A DNA stretch of 64,000 nucleotides, taken from the NCBI RefSeq assembly GCF_018350175.1, contig NC_058368.1, positions 27,282,001 to 27,346,000 of the forward strand, read 5' to 3'. Made by a program: the position numbers and the translations under genes. The notes beneath the pieces are model-generated. The model saw only the letters and a program-made list of their open reading frames with translations, was not told the origin of the DNA and ran no database searches. This stretch comes from Felis catus (taxonomy: Eukaryota). Positions 1-12,400 of this stretch are shown here, one piece after another. Each line of letters opens with the position of its first letter. The first letter of the stretch is position 1.

Positions 1-596
1 ATGGAAATAAGGGTGGTTAGTAGGCACAAATTTTCCTCAACCACTGTATTAGAAAGAAGCACAGGTGACAAGACCTTTCAGAATACGAATTGCATGTAAT
101 ATTTTGTGTGTTTTTAAAAAGAAGTGAAGTATATAGGTTGTACGAGTGACATTAGTTAATGTTTTGAAACATGTGAGTCATAATTATCCCCACACATTTC
201 AAAAGACTGAAGCGTCCTTTTTTAAAGGACGGTATTTAGCTGAATTTGATGCTGGTTGCAGTGGTTGGTAGCTGAGCAGAGAGGACAGGTGCCAAGAGCC
301 TATCATAGGGGGAGGCGGCTTCCCTTAGTCTCTCGTCTCCCACCTGTTTGTGGCATTGCCCTGGGATTGGGAAGCAGAGAAAGCTACGCATATTCTGTTG
401 CTAAATGGAGTAAGTCCAGATGGTCGGGCCATGTTCCGTCCAGAAGACCACCCTGCCTCTTAACGCATCTTGGTAGTTTCTAACGTGCGATGCTGCTAAA
501 AGTCCCGAGTTTGAAATTGCCACGGGTCCAAAGCTTTCTGGCCAGAACAATACGGCCCGCTGGTTTCTAGAGTTAGACTAACGAGAAAGAAAAACA

Positions 597-693
597 GGGC
601 ACCTGGCTGGCTCAGCCAGTGGAGCGTGGGACTCTGGATCTCAGAGCCGTCAGTTCAGAGCCCCATGTGGAGCGTAGCGCCTACTTAAAAAAA
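597..693 (+). mobile_element. Short CanSINE variant (tRNA-derived head, no CT tract)
   Basis: gggcacctggctggctcag head, B-box-like gttcagagcccc, ends ttaaaaaaa; degenerate aaag(a/g)aaaaca flanks. Confidence 0.8.
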
Positions 694-1132
694 GGAAAAC
701 AAATGGTGTTTCCCGGTGAGATCATGCTAAGTGACCAGACAAACCCGTAGCAGAGGTCTGTCTGCTGTGTACAAGGTACTATGCTAAGAGGTCGATCATT
801 CAGATTACTCCCTGCCTTTAAACATCTGGGAAACACGTTGGAGAGAAAACACAAACACGTAGACACACAGAGAAAATAACCACAAAAAATTGGGGCTTGT
901 GGAATGGCCAGAGAGGCACAGAGAGCACTGGTTGTCAAAATCCGGTTTTGCAGTTGGACAGTGGACATCAGTGTGTGTGGTTTTTTTTTTTGCCACATCT
1001 GTACCATCAGAACATTTGTTTACATACTGATTTATACATGACTCCGTAAAGTATCCATTTTAGCCTCTTCCTAAGCAGCAATATCAGCAAAGTCACATGG
1101 TTTTCTTCTAATACATTTTTTTCCTGACACGG

Positions 1133-1212
1133 ATTAGATCGAACTAGGTGAAACTTCCAATATTTGACCATTTTTTTTTACTCCACCAAAACCTCAATTT
1201 AATGTGGCTAAA
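1133..1212. mobile_element. MADE2-like Mariner MITE, degraded
   Basis: attagatcgaactaggtgaaacttccaatatttgaccatttt...aaaacctcaattttaatgtgg resembles the recalled ~80-bp MADE2 consensus (ATTAGGTTGAACCATATGAAATTGCC...). Confidence 0.6.
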
Positions 1213-1326
1213 AGTAAACATGACTATTGAAAACTAAAATAATGGTTTTCACATCTCCCATTAAATCCCCCAGACATACCACCCTTGAGTTAGAGGGAAC
1301 AAGCAATTATAAAGAATTGATCTTGT

Positions 1327-1516
1327 GGGCCACCCAGGCGACTTAGGTGGTTAAGCCTTTAACTCTTGATTTCGGCCCGGGTCATGATTTCATGGTTCAT
1401 GAGATAGAGCCCCGTGTTGGGCTCTGCACGGACAGTGTGGAGTCTACTTGGAATTCTCTTACTCTCTCTCTCTCTCTCTTTCTCTCAAAATAAATGAATA
1501 CACTTTCTTAAAAAAA
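1327..1516 (+). mobile_element. CanSINE, older
   Basis: Diverged head, (CT)n, aaaataaatgaata tail. Confidence 0.85.
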
Positions 1517-1528
1517 GAGAGCTGATCA

Positions 1529-1753
1529 GGGGCGCCTGGGTGGGTCAGTCGGTTAAGCGTCCGACTTCAGCTCAGGTCACGATCTCGCGGTCTGTGAGTT
1601 CGAGCCCCGCGTCGGGCTCTGGGCTGATGGCTCAGAGCCTGGAGCCTGCTTCCGATTCTGTGTCTTCCTCTCTCTGTCCCTCCCCCATTCATGCTCTGTC
1701 TCTCTCTGTCTCAAAAATAAATAAACGTTAAAAAAAAAATTAAAAAAAAAAAA
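1529..1753 (+). mobile_element. Young SINEC_Fc-type SINE
   Basis: ggggcgcctgggtgg head, CpGs intact, (CT)n, poly-A; TSD aagagagctgatc at 1515-1527 and 1752-1764. Confidence 0.95.
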
Positions 1754-3150
1754 GAGAGCTGATCTTGTAAGGTTTCATGGAGGAGGTGGGCCTTGATGTT
1801 TGTCTGGAAGGAAGGATGCATAGAGAAGAAAAGGAAGTACATTGTTCTCTGGCCTGCAACCCTGAGTGACAGCATGTAGGAGGCACAGCGCGCCGCCGGT
1901 GAGAAAGGAAAGCTGATGCCCTAGAGAGAGCACTCCTGTCTCCCTTGACGTAAATTCCTAATCCTTGCATGTATTTGGAGGGCACGTTTTCGGAGAGCGT
2001 GAACACAGTCTTAAGGCCTTTTTGAAGTTTTCTGAAAATTATTCTCTTATTATTACTCACCCCTTAAGCAGGGTCAGGTGTTTCTATTAGGGAGTGTGTG
2101 GGTGTCAGCAGGGCGGCGGGGGCTGGACAGAGCTGTGTAACCTAAGTACAGGAGGCATGAGTTTGATCGCATGCACACAGCTGCGTAGACGGGAGGGTCC
2201 GTGGCGGTTTTCCCCTCAGAGAGCAAGCTTCCCTGGCTATCAGATCCCAGTGAGGGCCCTCCTGCCAAAGACAGCAACTGACAGGTCTTAGGCTCCCTTC
2301 AGTTCATTCTAGAAGCTCCCTGTGCCATTCCTGTGGCTGTCTTTCCGCCTTTCTGGCCTATCCCTACAGTGCTAAAGACTCCAGCCTCAGGCTTTCCTCC
2401 CGACCAGGGGCAAGTAACGGGTAACCACCCAGCACATTCCTCTGAGCTCACTGCGAGGGTGACTCAAAGGTCAGTTTCCCAGGATCAGTTTCTACGGCTG
2501 CCACGCCAATCAGGCCCCCGCTTAGCCCTGCCTGAGGTGTGTTCCAGCAGAGGCCATCGAGGCACCTGACCAGTGGGCCACGGAACAGCGTGAACTACAT
2601 TTTTCTGGAACGAAAAGAGAGCAGCTGTGTCCTAACGTTCATCAAAAAGCTGACTGAGTGCTTCAAGTCATGGAAACGTGTCCTTGCTACTTTTAAGCTT
2701 GTTGTGATTTAGCAAATTATGGGGAGGGCTTATTATTTCCTTGAATTCGAAGGCAATAAACTCGTGTGTGTTTTATTGACAATGTATTGGTATTCGGTGT
2801 CTAGCATTAATTATTTGTCTCTGGCAAAAAGTACAAGGCAGGAGGCTGTTCCCTTGAGTTACTAATGGCGTTTAGATCTAAAACAAAACAAAACGAATAA
2901 AACAAAAAGCTTGAGGGTCAAAGTAGCAGCCAACGACAATGACCACTGAAACGATCCATAAATTAATCTCAGGGCCAAGACGAGAGCTAAATTACATACA
3001 AATCTTTAAAACATCACCGTCATTTTATGTCTCGATGAGCCCAGGGAAATCACGACCCCTGGTGATGGTTTTGTCATTTTCCTTGATGATGCAGTGAACT
3101 TGATTTGTTTGAGGCATTCAGTGAATTCGTATGTGTAAAACGTAGGTTTT

Positions 3151-3366
3151 GGGGGCACCTGGGGGGCTCCGTCGGTTAAGCGTCGGACTCTTGATCTCGG
3201 CTCAGGTCATGATCTCGTGGTTCACGAGCCCGAGCCACACGCCAGGCCCTGTGCTGACCGCGTGGAGGCTGCTGGGGATTCTTTCTGTCTCCCTCTCTCT
3301 CTGCCCCTCACCGCCCCCCTCAAAATAGATAAGTAAGCTTAAAAATAAGTAAGTAAAGAGAGAAAG
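3151..3366 (+). mobile_element. CanSINE
   Basis: Head plus CT tract plus A tail; TSD aaaacgtaggtttt / aaaatgtaggcttt. Confidence 0.9.
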
Positions 3367-3398
3367 AAAATGTAGGCTTTGCCGTTATTTAGGTTTGG

Positions 3399-3911
3399 TG
3401 ACGCCAAGAAGATTACAGTGAAAAGGTATTTTGTTCCTCGCAGCTCCTCGAGAGCATGCTACACAGCCCTTGGGCCACACAGTGGGGGCACCAAGATCAG
3501 TCAGGAGGCTGAGGGAGCGAGAGGCAAACGTGAGCCAGAGGCTTTCTGGTGGTTTCTGAGGGAAGGAATGAGTGAAGCGGCATAAGCAGGTTTGGGATTG
3601 ACTAGTGGGAATTAATTACGGCAAGCCCTGGGGTACAGAGGTTAGCTCTAGTTGTCTGGACCCTGGCCCTGGGGTGATTAGGGCAGGGGTGGGGGGAGCG
3701 GTATGGTGTGTGAGCCCCTTGCAAAAGGAGACGCTTGAGTACGTGAGCTCTGGTTTGATAGGTTCGCATTTGAAGACTGTGCTTTCGGGTGGGTTGTTTG
3801 CTGTCTCTAGGAATTGGCTAGCCCCAGAAGGGGACAGTCCCTCCGGTACCAGCAAGGCTGTGGATGTCAAAGCATCGGGAAACACAGAAAATAAGAGACA
3901 TGGTTAATACG
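3399..3911 (-). mobile_element. ERVL-class solo LTR (MER74-like)
   Basis: Reverse strand starts gtattaaccatgtctcttattttctgtg...gatgctttgacatc...gctagccaattcctagaga, contains gccctaatcaccccagggccagg...agacaactag, and ends in ...tca. Family assigned from memory. Confidence 0.65.
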
Positions 3912-3921
3912 GTGCGCGCGC

Positions 3922-3961
<40 letters not shown>
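3912..3961. repeat. (CG)n(TG)n microsatellite
   Basis: Alternating purine-pyrimidine run seen directly. Confidence 0.95.
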
Positions 3962-3963
<2 letters not shown>

Positions 3964-4079
3964 ACAAACACATTCATAACATTTATTAAGTGAATTTATG
4001 TAGGGGGAAAGGAGGATGCGTGTCTCCCGTGTACCAGGCGCTATATTGGCTGACGGAGACTTAGCAGAAAAAGCATAAC

Positions 4080-4265
4080 TTTAAAAAAAAATTTGTTTTC
4101 ATGTTTATTTTTGAGACGGACAGAGACAGGGAGAGAGAGGCAGAATCTGGAGAAAGCTCCAGGCTCTGAGCTGTCAGTACAGAGCCCGATGCTCAAACTC
4201 CTGAGCTGTGAGATCATGACCTGAGTGGGATTCGAACGCTTAACCAGCTGAGCCACCCAGGTGCC
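4080..4265 (-). mobile_element. CanSINE
   Basis: Reverse-complement head ctgagccacccaggtgcc, GA tract, T-rich tail. Confidence 0.9.
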
Positions 4266-4332
4266 TTTTTTTCTTTTCTTTTCTTTTTTGTAAGAAAGTG
4301 AGAGTATAAACAGGGAAAGGGGCAGAGAGAGT

Positions 4333-4396
<64 letters not shown>

Positions 4397-4525
4397 CTCA
4401 AGCAGGCACCACGTTCAAGTGCAGAGCCCAACACAGGGCTTGGTCCCATGACCCTGGGATCACGACCAGAGATGAAATCAAAATCAAGAGTTGGATGCTC
4501 AACTGACTTATACCCCCAGACGCCC
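4266..4525 (-). mobile_element. CanSINE, older, with expanded (GA)n
   Basis: T tail, long (AG)n, catgaccctgggatcacgacc...aatcaagagttggatgctcaactgact. Confidence 0.85.
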
Positions 4526-4531
4526 AAAACA

Positions 4532-4745
4532 ATTTTTTTTTCCAAAGTTTATTTATTTTTGGGACAGAGAGAGACAGAGCATGAACGGGGGAGGGGCAGA
4601 GAGAGAGGGAGACACAGAATCGGAAACAGGCTCCAGGCTCTGAGCCATCAGCCCAGAGCCCGACGCGGGGCTCGAACTCACGGACCGCGAGATAGTGACC
4701 TGGCTGAAGTCGGACGCTTAACCGACTGCGCCACCCAGGCGCCCC
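4532..4745 (-). mobile_element. Young SINEC_Fc-type SINE
   Basis: Near-consensus, CpG-rich; TSD aacaatttttttt on both sides. Confidence 0.95.
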
Positions 4746-4869
4746 AACAATTTTTTTTTTTAAGTCAGCCTGCCCTTACGGAAGACCAACTGATCAAGAC
4801 ATAATTATGTACTATAACCTCAGTTGCTGAGAAATCCTGTAGAGAAAAAAAAAAAAAAAAAGAAGGCTG

Positions 4870-5170
4870 GTAGAAGGAGGGAAGAACTGGTTTTAGGTAG
4901 GTCAAAGAAGGGCTGTCTGCAGAGGGTGACATTTCAGCAGAGAGGGGACTAAAGGGAGAGAGCAGGTGGTTGCGCAGGCATCTGGAGGAACCACAGGCAC
5001 ACCGTCACTGAGAGAGCATCCAGCTTGGAAGGCTCAAGAAAAGTAAGCGAGGTCTGTGTCCTGGGGGCCCCAGGAAAAGGGACACTGTAGGAAACGGGCT
5101 CGCAGAGGTGACCAGAAGGCAGATTCTGAAGCACCTTGCGTGTCATCCAACAGTGATAGAAGCTGTTTGT
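4870..5170 (-). mobile_element. L2 fragment, degraded
   Basis: Purine-rich pattern gtcaaagaagggctgtctgcagagggtgacatttcagcagag...ggcagattctgaagcaccttg typical of antisense L2. Confidence 0.45.
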
Positions 5171-6277
5171 GTATGTTTCTGTGACGCTAGAAACCTGAGC
5201 CATGGGAAGACGAGAGTTAAGCTTTAGCCTCAAGATGCAAATTAAGTAGCCATCACCCCAGTCTATTTCCTTATGTTCTACGCTCTTAATTTTTTTAATA
5301 TTCATTTGACATCATTAGTTTGTAAATGGGGAAGCGTGATACCTTTCTCCCTAAAGTTTTAGACATTTTTTTTTTACAGTTTAAAACAAATCAGACAAAT
5401 AAAAACTTCTCCATACAATAACAAAAGGACAGCAGCGTTAGGTCATGACTTTTTCTGTGCCATCAAGTTCCTTGGTGTTCAAATAAAATGAAATACAGTT
5501 TTAAAAACTGCCACGCTTCTGCAAATCTAGGAGAAGCAAAAAAGGCCCGTGAACAATCAACAATTTGCTTTTATTTTCTATTAAATCGCGGTGTTTTTTT
5601 GCATTTGGTATCGTTTACTGAATATAAAGTAAAATCCACTCACACTCCACTTACCATAAGCGTGCCTACAAAGAAAACCTCATTTCAAATCTAATTGTGG
5701 ACATTGTTCCTTCGTTAAAAATTCATAGGGTTTGTAAATGTGTCACAGAAATACTAGAGTATCATTATTTCCCCAGCTCTTTTTCCCACTGCCAATTCTG
5801 ATCAGAATTTTAAAACACCCATATCTCCGAGGAAAAGGAAAAACAAGAAACAAGAAAGGAAAGAAAGAAATTATGAATATAAATAGAAAAACCTCCTGAC
5901 CAAAGATGCTGAGATTCCTGACTTTGTTTCGGTGTATGAAAATAGAAGGACAGGGGCCAGCAGTCTTCTGTTAACTTCAACCTCTCCCTCTCAGCAAACT
6001 TTCAATGTGCTATTAACTAATAGCTGGGCGATCGTCTCAGATAAAGGGAGGAAACTGAGGAGTCAGCAGCTTGCTATAGGTGAGCACCTCTCCACCCACA
6101 TTGGCAAGACCTAAGTCCCACACACGACCACTTGTTAGTATGGTGTGTGCTGTTGGAGGCAACTGATAAGACAGGCAATGCTTTGGTTAGCCTCCGTGTT
6201 GAGGCCCTGTTGGTTTATACTTTATAAGCTTTCATTGATTTGGGTCAAGAATATACAAGTACAAGAATACTAGTGGA

Positions 6278-6509
6278 GGGGCGCCTGGGTGGCGCAGTCG
6301 GTTAAGCGTCCGACTTCAGCCAGGTCACGATCTCGCGCGCGGTCCGGGAGTTCGAGCCCCGCGTCGGGCTCTGGGCTGATGGCTCAGAGCCTGGAGCCTG
6401 TTTCCGATTCTGTGTCTCCCTCTCTCTCTGCCCCTCCCCCGTTCATGCTCTGTCTCTCTCCGTCCCCAAAAATAAATAAACGTTGAAAAAAAAATTAAAA
6501 AAAAAAAAA
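6278..6509 (+). mobile_element. Young SINEC_Fc-type SINE
   Basis: Near-consensus; TSD aagaatacta(g/a)tgga at 6263-6277 and 6508-6522. Confidence 0.95.
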
Positions 6510-6948
6510 GAATACTAATGGAGAGTATAAAATAAGATACCTGACTGCATATAACAGAACCGTGATCACATGGGATGGAGGAAATGTACTTTTCTGGATT
6601 TCATTTACATTTACAACCATTGTGTTATCTTAGAAGTCACCTTTTCTCCTCACGTGAACTTATTTTGGCAATCCAACTCAGCAAGGAGCTTGCAAATTCA
6701 GAAACAACTTGTGCTCCATTCAGCTCTGACGGGAAGAATACAACTGTACCCTTTATTTTAGCCTGCGTTACCTTTTCAGTACTAACTCACATTTTCTCTT
6801 TAATTTTCCCGCCCTTCTTAAAATGGCCTGGGCATCTGCTTGGTTCCCAGGTGTGTGTTCTAACAACAGATAACATATCCCTGCCATTGTCAGCCATCGT
6901 TCTGAATTTCCTTTATTGGATTAGGACATTAAGATGCCACTACAAGCT

Positions 6949-7148
6949 TGGGGCACCTGGGTGGCTCGGCCAGTTAAGCGTCCCACTTCGGCTCAGGCCA
7001 TGATCTCACGGTTCATGAGTTCGAGTCCCTCGTCGGATTCTGCTGGCAGCTCAGAGCCCGGAGCCTGCTTCAGATTCTGTCTCCCTCTCTCTTTGCCCCT
7101 TCCCCACTCGTGCTCTGTCTCTCAAAAATAATGTTAAAAAAAATGTTT
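6949..7148 (+). mobile_element. CanSINE
   Basis: Head and tail; TSD ttaagatgccact(a/c)caag. Confidence 0.92.
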
Positions 7149-7762
7149 AAGATGCCACTCCAAGTTTTTCCCACTGTTTGATCTGCTGGACCACAGGAAT
7201 TTACAGACCAAAACAGCAATGGTACTCCCAAGCCCCTACCACATACAGAGTCAAGCCACCTAATTTATTATTCGGGTGTCACGTGAACCAGCAATGAATT
7301 AAAACCAAAATACTGGTAGAAAAAACAGAAAGACCAGGATATGCACTTTTCGGTGGGGGGAGGTGGGAATAGCAGCTGTGAAGACATGTTCACAAAGCTG
7401 CCCTTGGTGGAGTTTCTGCTGCTGTTTTGAAATTGAGAGAATTCCTTTATGAGAACCTGCCTGAAGGCATCTGGATTTTAACTACCAAAATATCTGACAG
7501 CGTTGCCAGTGATGAGTCCTTTCTTCCAGCTCTTCCGAAGGACATTATGTGTTAGCCCCTGAAATAACTTGCTAGATGAGAATTGAAGGCATAAGGTGGG
7601 AAAGCTCAGGGAATGGGCCCCAGGGAACTTGTGGCAGGAGCTCTGCTACGATGCTACCCTGTGTAGTTTTCCAGGAGAGGCTGGAGCAAGAGGGAAGTCC
7701 CCAGCTGGGTTCTCGGGGGTGCGGTCTATCCTTACTGAGCTGAAAAGTAACTGCCACAAGGG

Positions 7763-7793
7763 TGATGATGAGGATGATGATGATGATGATGAC
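7763..7793. repeat. (GAT)n trinucleotide repeat
   Basis: tgatgatgaggatgatgatgatgatgatgac. Confidence 0.9.
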
Positions 7794-9036
7794 GGTAAGC
7801 CCATGGCGGGACTTTGATTCAAGCATATGTCTCACAGTAACATAGGTCCTCGGGCCTCCAGCGCCTCCAATATGTCGGTGATCCCTTGGACCAGGGATTA
7901 GAAGTTGGGATTTCTGGTTTACTCAGCTCATGGCTTTACCCAGCTACGCAGGACCTTCACTTCCTGCTTCTGTAGCTCTTGTTCATGGTGGACAGTTGAA
8001 CCCCTGGCCTGCCTTGTCACCAGCTGCCACTGTACCAAGATGGCCTGTGTTAGAGACACCATGTCAGGTAGAGGTAAGAGAAGTAGGGCGAGAGGAGGTG
8101 TGGGCACAAAGGGGTAAGGAAAGGAATAGTAACCCTCCTTTACCTCCCAGCCGTCCAGTTCAGATGGCCATGACCAGCCTCTCCATCTTGCCATCCTTAT
8201 CTGTCAGTATTGTATTTCGTTAGGTAGTAAAAGCATGGTGGGTTGGAAATGACACATAGGAGCTACCCACACAGGGGTAACCGTTCTGGGCATCTTTGGT
8301 GGTGACGATGCTTGCACCAAATCCTCAGCTCAGATCACAGATTTACCCTCAATATATGCATTTTGACAAAGTTAAGCCCAGTTTGAGCCAAGACATCTGT
8401 GAGACTTACTCACAGGTGAAACCTAACCTCTAAGGCTACACATCAACTGTAGGTAGACATCTTAGGTGTCTGTGCCCCATTCGCCTTTTCTCTAAATGCA
8501 CAGTTAACATTCTGACTTTAGGAAAAATGTGCTTCTCAATAAAGCATTGGCTTTGAGATGTTTTCCAGCAGTGATTTCTGATTTGTTCACATTTGAGTCT
8601 ACTTTTGTCACTGAAGTACAGAGGTCAACATGGCTGCTGGGGACTGGGGAAGGGCCATGCAAAGACAACAGAGCTTCCAGGTCCTGATTACCAGCGGATC
8701 CTCAGACTATGGCTCTACCTTGCATGGCAAGGTCTCCCCGTCCTGGCACAATGCTGGTCCTGGCATTTTCCCTTTGAGCAACTCTGGCTTCATGTTTACC
8801 TACTGCTCATAGCAATTCCTGGTTTTAGCCTACCTGCCTTTTTTGTGGGGGTCGGCAGAGGGCCGAAGGGGTGAAGGGAGGAATCTTAGTGAGCGTCCTT
8901 CCTTATTGCAAGCCTAGCAATACACTAATGGACAGTTGTATCCAGAATCTAATTGTTGTTGTTGTTTTCTTATGATAGGCAAGCTCCTAAAAGTATCTAG
9001 TTTGCGACGCTACTGCAAGCTAATGCTTTTTTTAAT

Positions 9037-9145
9037 TTGCAAACTCTTTGAAGACTGGGTCTGTGTCTTGCTCACCATTACATTCCTGATATCAAGCACA
9101 TTGCCTTCATTCAGCAAGTATTTAATAAAGATCTGCTGAGTGACT
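9037..9145 (+). mobile_element. L2 3' end
   Basis: tgcaaactctttgaagactgggtctgtgtcttgctcacc...agtatttaataaagatctgctgagtga. Confidence 0.6.
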
Positions 9146-9306
9146 GTGTCCCCGGGTGATGGAAGTAACCCTTTACCCCAGACTTCTCTGTCAAACCAAG
9201 TCGGTCAAACCAAGGAGGGATTCCTAGTCTGGCTCTTTGTTGGGGAAAACCTCAGTTCTCCAAATCTGTAACAACATAGGCCCGGGCGAAAACAAACTAA
9301 ATCGTG

Positions 9307-9450
9307 GGGTTCTGCCATTCATTAGCTTTGCAACCTTGGGTAAATGATCCAAAGTCTTAACTTCCTGAACCTTTTCATGCTTCTAGAAAGTTGCTAATGA
9401 TACCTATCTCATAGGTTGTGGTTGATATTTCATAAGATCAAAGGTGTGGG
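9307..9450 (+). mobile_element. MIR
   Basis: ctgccattcattagctttgcaaccttgggtaaat...atacctatctcataggttgtgg (MIR core). Confidence 0.65.
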
Positions 9451-12400
9451 CCTGTTCGATCATAAGCTCTTTTCCCAGTGGGTGCCTCTAGAGGAAGGGC
9501 TGAGGGAATGACATCCTCCCTTGACTTTACAGACTTTGCTTTTTGAACTCATTACAAATATTAGTGCTCATAGTAATACCTTGAAAATAAGAATGTCCTT
9601 ACAGGAATATTTATTTCCGTCTCCCTAACCTATACTGGAGTTTACTCTCGGATGGAAAAGAACCGTGTCGTTGCATTCCACTGCTGCAGATCGCCCTACC
9701 GGAGAGAAAGGCCAGTTGCGTCGGCTGGTAGAACGGCATCAAGGGTTTGGGGAGTGTATTTGAATGAAGGTGGTGTCTCTGGTTAGGAAGAGGACGCTGC
9801 ATTTAGTTTTATGGTGATTATGTGTCTCTGCTCTGTCTGCCTTGTTTGTAGGTTATTAGCAATACTCTCTGCGTTGCAGAGATGGTGGCAGGTTGATATG
9901 TTGGACGAGTACGTGAACACATGTCTACTTGATTACGCAAGTAATAAAGTCATTACTTTGATTGCATTAATGGTCGAGGCCTGGTGAATGTTTGCCATTG
10001 GCAGCCGCTGCCACTTTCAAACGCCCTCACGTCCCCTGCACTGTTTTACCACCACTGGGTGCTGGGCATTTTCTGAGTCATTATTTTACAATAAACATTA
10101 TCTCATAATAAACCATAACACTTACAATTGCACACGAATAAGAACATCAGAGAGCTTGAAGAGCAGGATATCTTTTTCATTAAGGCTAGAGAGGGGAAAA
10201 AAAATGTGATAGTGCTGGTGGGGATTCATTTAAAATATTTGTTTAGGTTGGGTTTAAGCCATCTTGCTGGGAAAATAATAAACCGTGGTAGCAATCGCAA
10301 TATTCTGTAATTCCCACAAAGCACATTCCGCATAATTTCTTTTTTATAAATAATAAAACCATAAGTAAATATGATGACTTTAAGCTAACATGAAATTGCA
10401 TTCAGTAACACGGGCCAGATGTTTTTCTCTCATATCTGTTTTTTAGGGTCAGTTTTTCTCCCTCCCCTACCTTCCCCCGATAAATTTGTAAGTCGTCTGT
10501 GAATAAGTAACTGGGGATGGCGTTTAATCCTGAACTGAGGTTGGCAAACGTAAAGGGAAAATTTAGCTTTGTTTATCTCACACGTAGTAGGCAGGAAGGA
10601 GACAACGTCTCCGAACAGCCATTTAAAACTTTTGCAGACTCGAATGGCCGCCGCTCGGCTTTGCTTTTGGAGGCCTCACCCCATGCTGCACTTAACGTAC
10701 AAAATGCACTCAATGTATCTGGCATGCAGTATGATTTTGTCTATAGGACTTTTGGACAGGATTGCTATAATTCTGCTTTTGAAGTTATCTGCCTACAAGT
10801 TATTCCTCTCATTTAAAACCAGCTCTGATTTCTGCATAATTATGCAGACTCAGGAGTTTTTTGCAACATGAGAAAGCCCCACTTGCGAGTGATTTTCAAC
10901 TCTAATGATGTCTGTGTGACTATTAAATTTGATAATTAGAGAAGTTGTCATAATACAAAATTTCTAGGTGTTTCATTAAGTAAGTACTTGGTTTTGGTAA
11001 TGCATGTTTTACTGTATGTTGACATGAAACGTTTTCAGCTCTCCAAGATTATTGTGCACCCTGTGCCTTCAGTGCCTAACTGATAACACAGCCACAGTTA
11101 GAAAAACAGGCTACTTTCCCGGGGCAGATGAGTCGTTGATCTGGAAGGCTGGAGTAGGAGAAAAGATTCTATTTGAGGATCTTAGTCCTCCAAATGCCAT
11201 CCCCTTGTACGGGAGGATTTCTGTATGACATTCTTACGAGGCACGTATCTCCTCCTACTGACAGCGAGAAGGGGTGTTAATGGGAGAAGATAGAGTGGAG
11301 GGTAGCGCATTTATACCCTTGTATGGAAATCTGTAACCAAGATAGAGAGCAAGGATGGAATTACAGCTGTGGCAGCAGCATTTTTCAGGGACCTTCGGCC
11401 TTGTTTTCAGCGCTGGAACCTTCCCATTGGCATCTATCCCGCCCCCCTGTTGGGGGCAAGAGGCTTCGTGGAGCTTTCTGTGTCACAGAAGCCTGGCTGA
11501 GATCACTGTGTGCAGTCAGTCCTTACCTCCGAGGATAATCCTGACCTCCGAAAGCAGTTAGAACATAAAGCCTTCACCACGAAAGAACTAAGACAGTCTT
11601 TCTATTAGATTCTGAGTCACGAATGTCCCTAGAGGCTAGACCCATCTTGCTGTACACCCCCAACCTCTCGTCTTGGGAACCTGAATATTTTCGGGCCCAG
11701 AAGGCCTTCCTCTTTCTGAGCACCTCCGTTTGAATCTCGGTGAACACTGCCAATGGCACCCAAGCTTTGACCCATTTCCCCAGAATGCTCCCTGCTCAAC
11801 CTAGAACTTTCCAGTTGGATATCTTGCTGCACATTCATTTGCTCCAACTAGCCCACCCTCACGAGGTAACCATACCAACTATGACTCCCCATGGAGTGAA
11901 AAGGACTCTCCCTAGGAACCCAGGGCCCCCACCATCCTACTCACTGCTTTCAGACCATAAACAAGGGCTGTGTGTGGTCATTTAGAGAAACAGAAAACAA
12001 GGTCTCTGGTCCAGGGCACCCCACTGGAGGCGGGGTGTCCTGCTGAGTCTGGAATACCTGGGGCAATCATGACTGCAGGGTAATACTTCATCCGTCGTGT
12101 TGCAAAGGCATCATTAAGAGCACATTAGTTTAAAGAGTAACCAACACATTGTTTGTGACCCTACTAGGAGAAATGTTAAACAGGATGGGCAACTGGCTCA
12201 GGCTGGTCAGGATCTGATCTGGATTTTATTGCAGGTAGATTTCCATAGATTCAAGAGCTCTAATCAAGCTTTCTTTTTTTTTTTTTTGAAAACAGATCAT
12301 TCATTTACCAGAGTTTGCAGCCATTTAAGGGTCAGTTATTCACTCACTACAATTAAAATGTTCCACTTTGTAGCTTAATATGTTTTTCATGGTTGGGTCA

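Noticed and set aside
597..693. tRNA-like sequence
   Set aside because: tRNA-derived SINE head with A tail; no convincing cloverleaf.
7596..7817. ORF with acidic poly-Asp tract
   Set aside because: Caused by a (GAT)n microsatellite.
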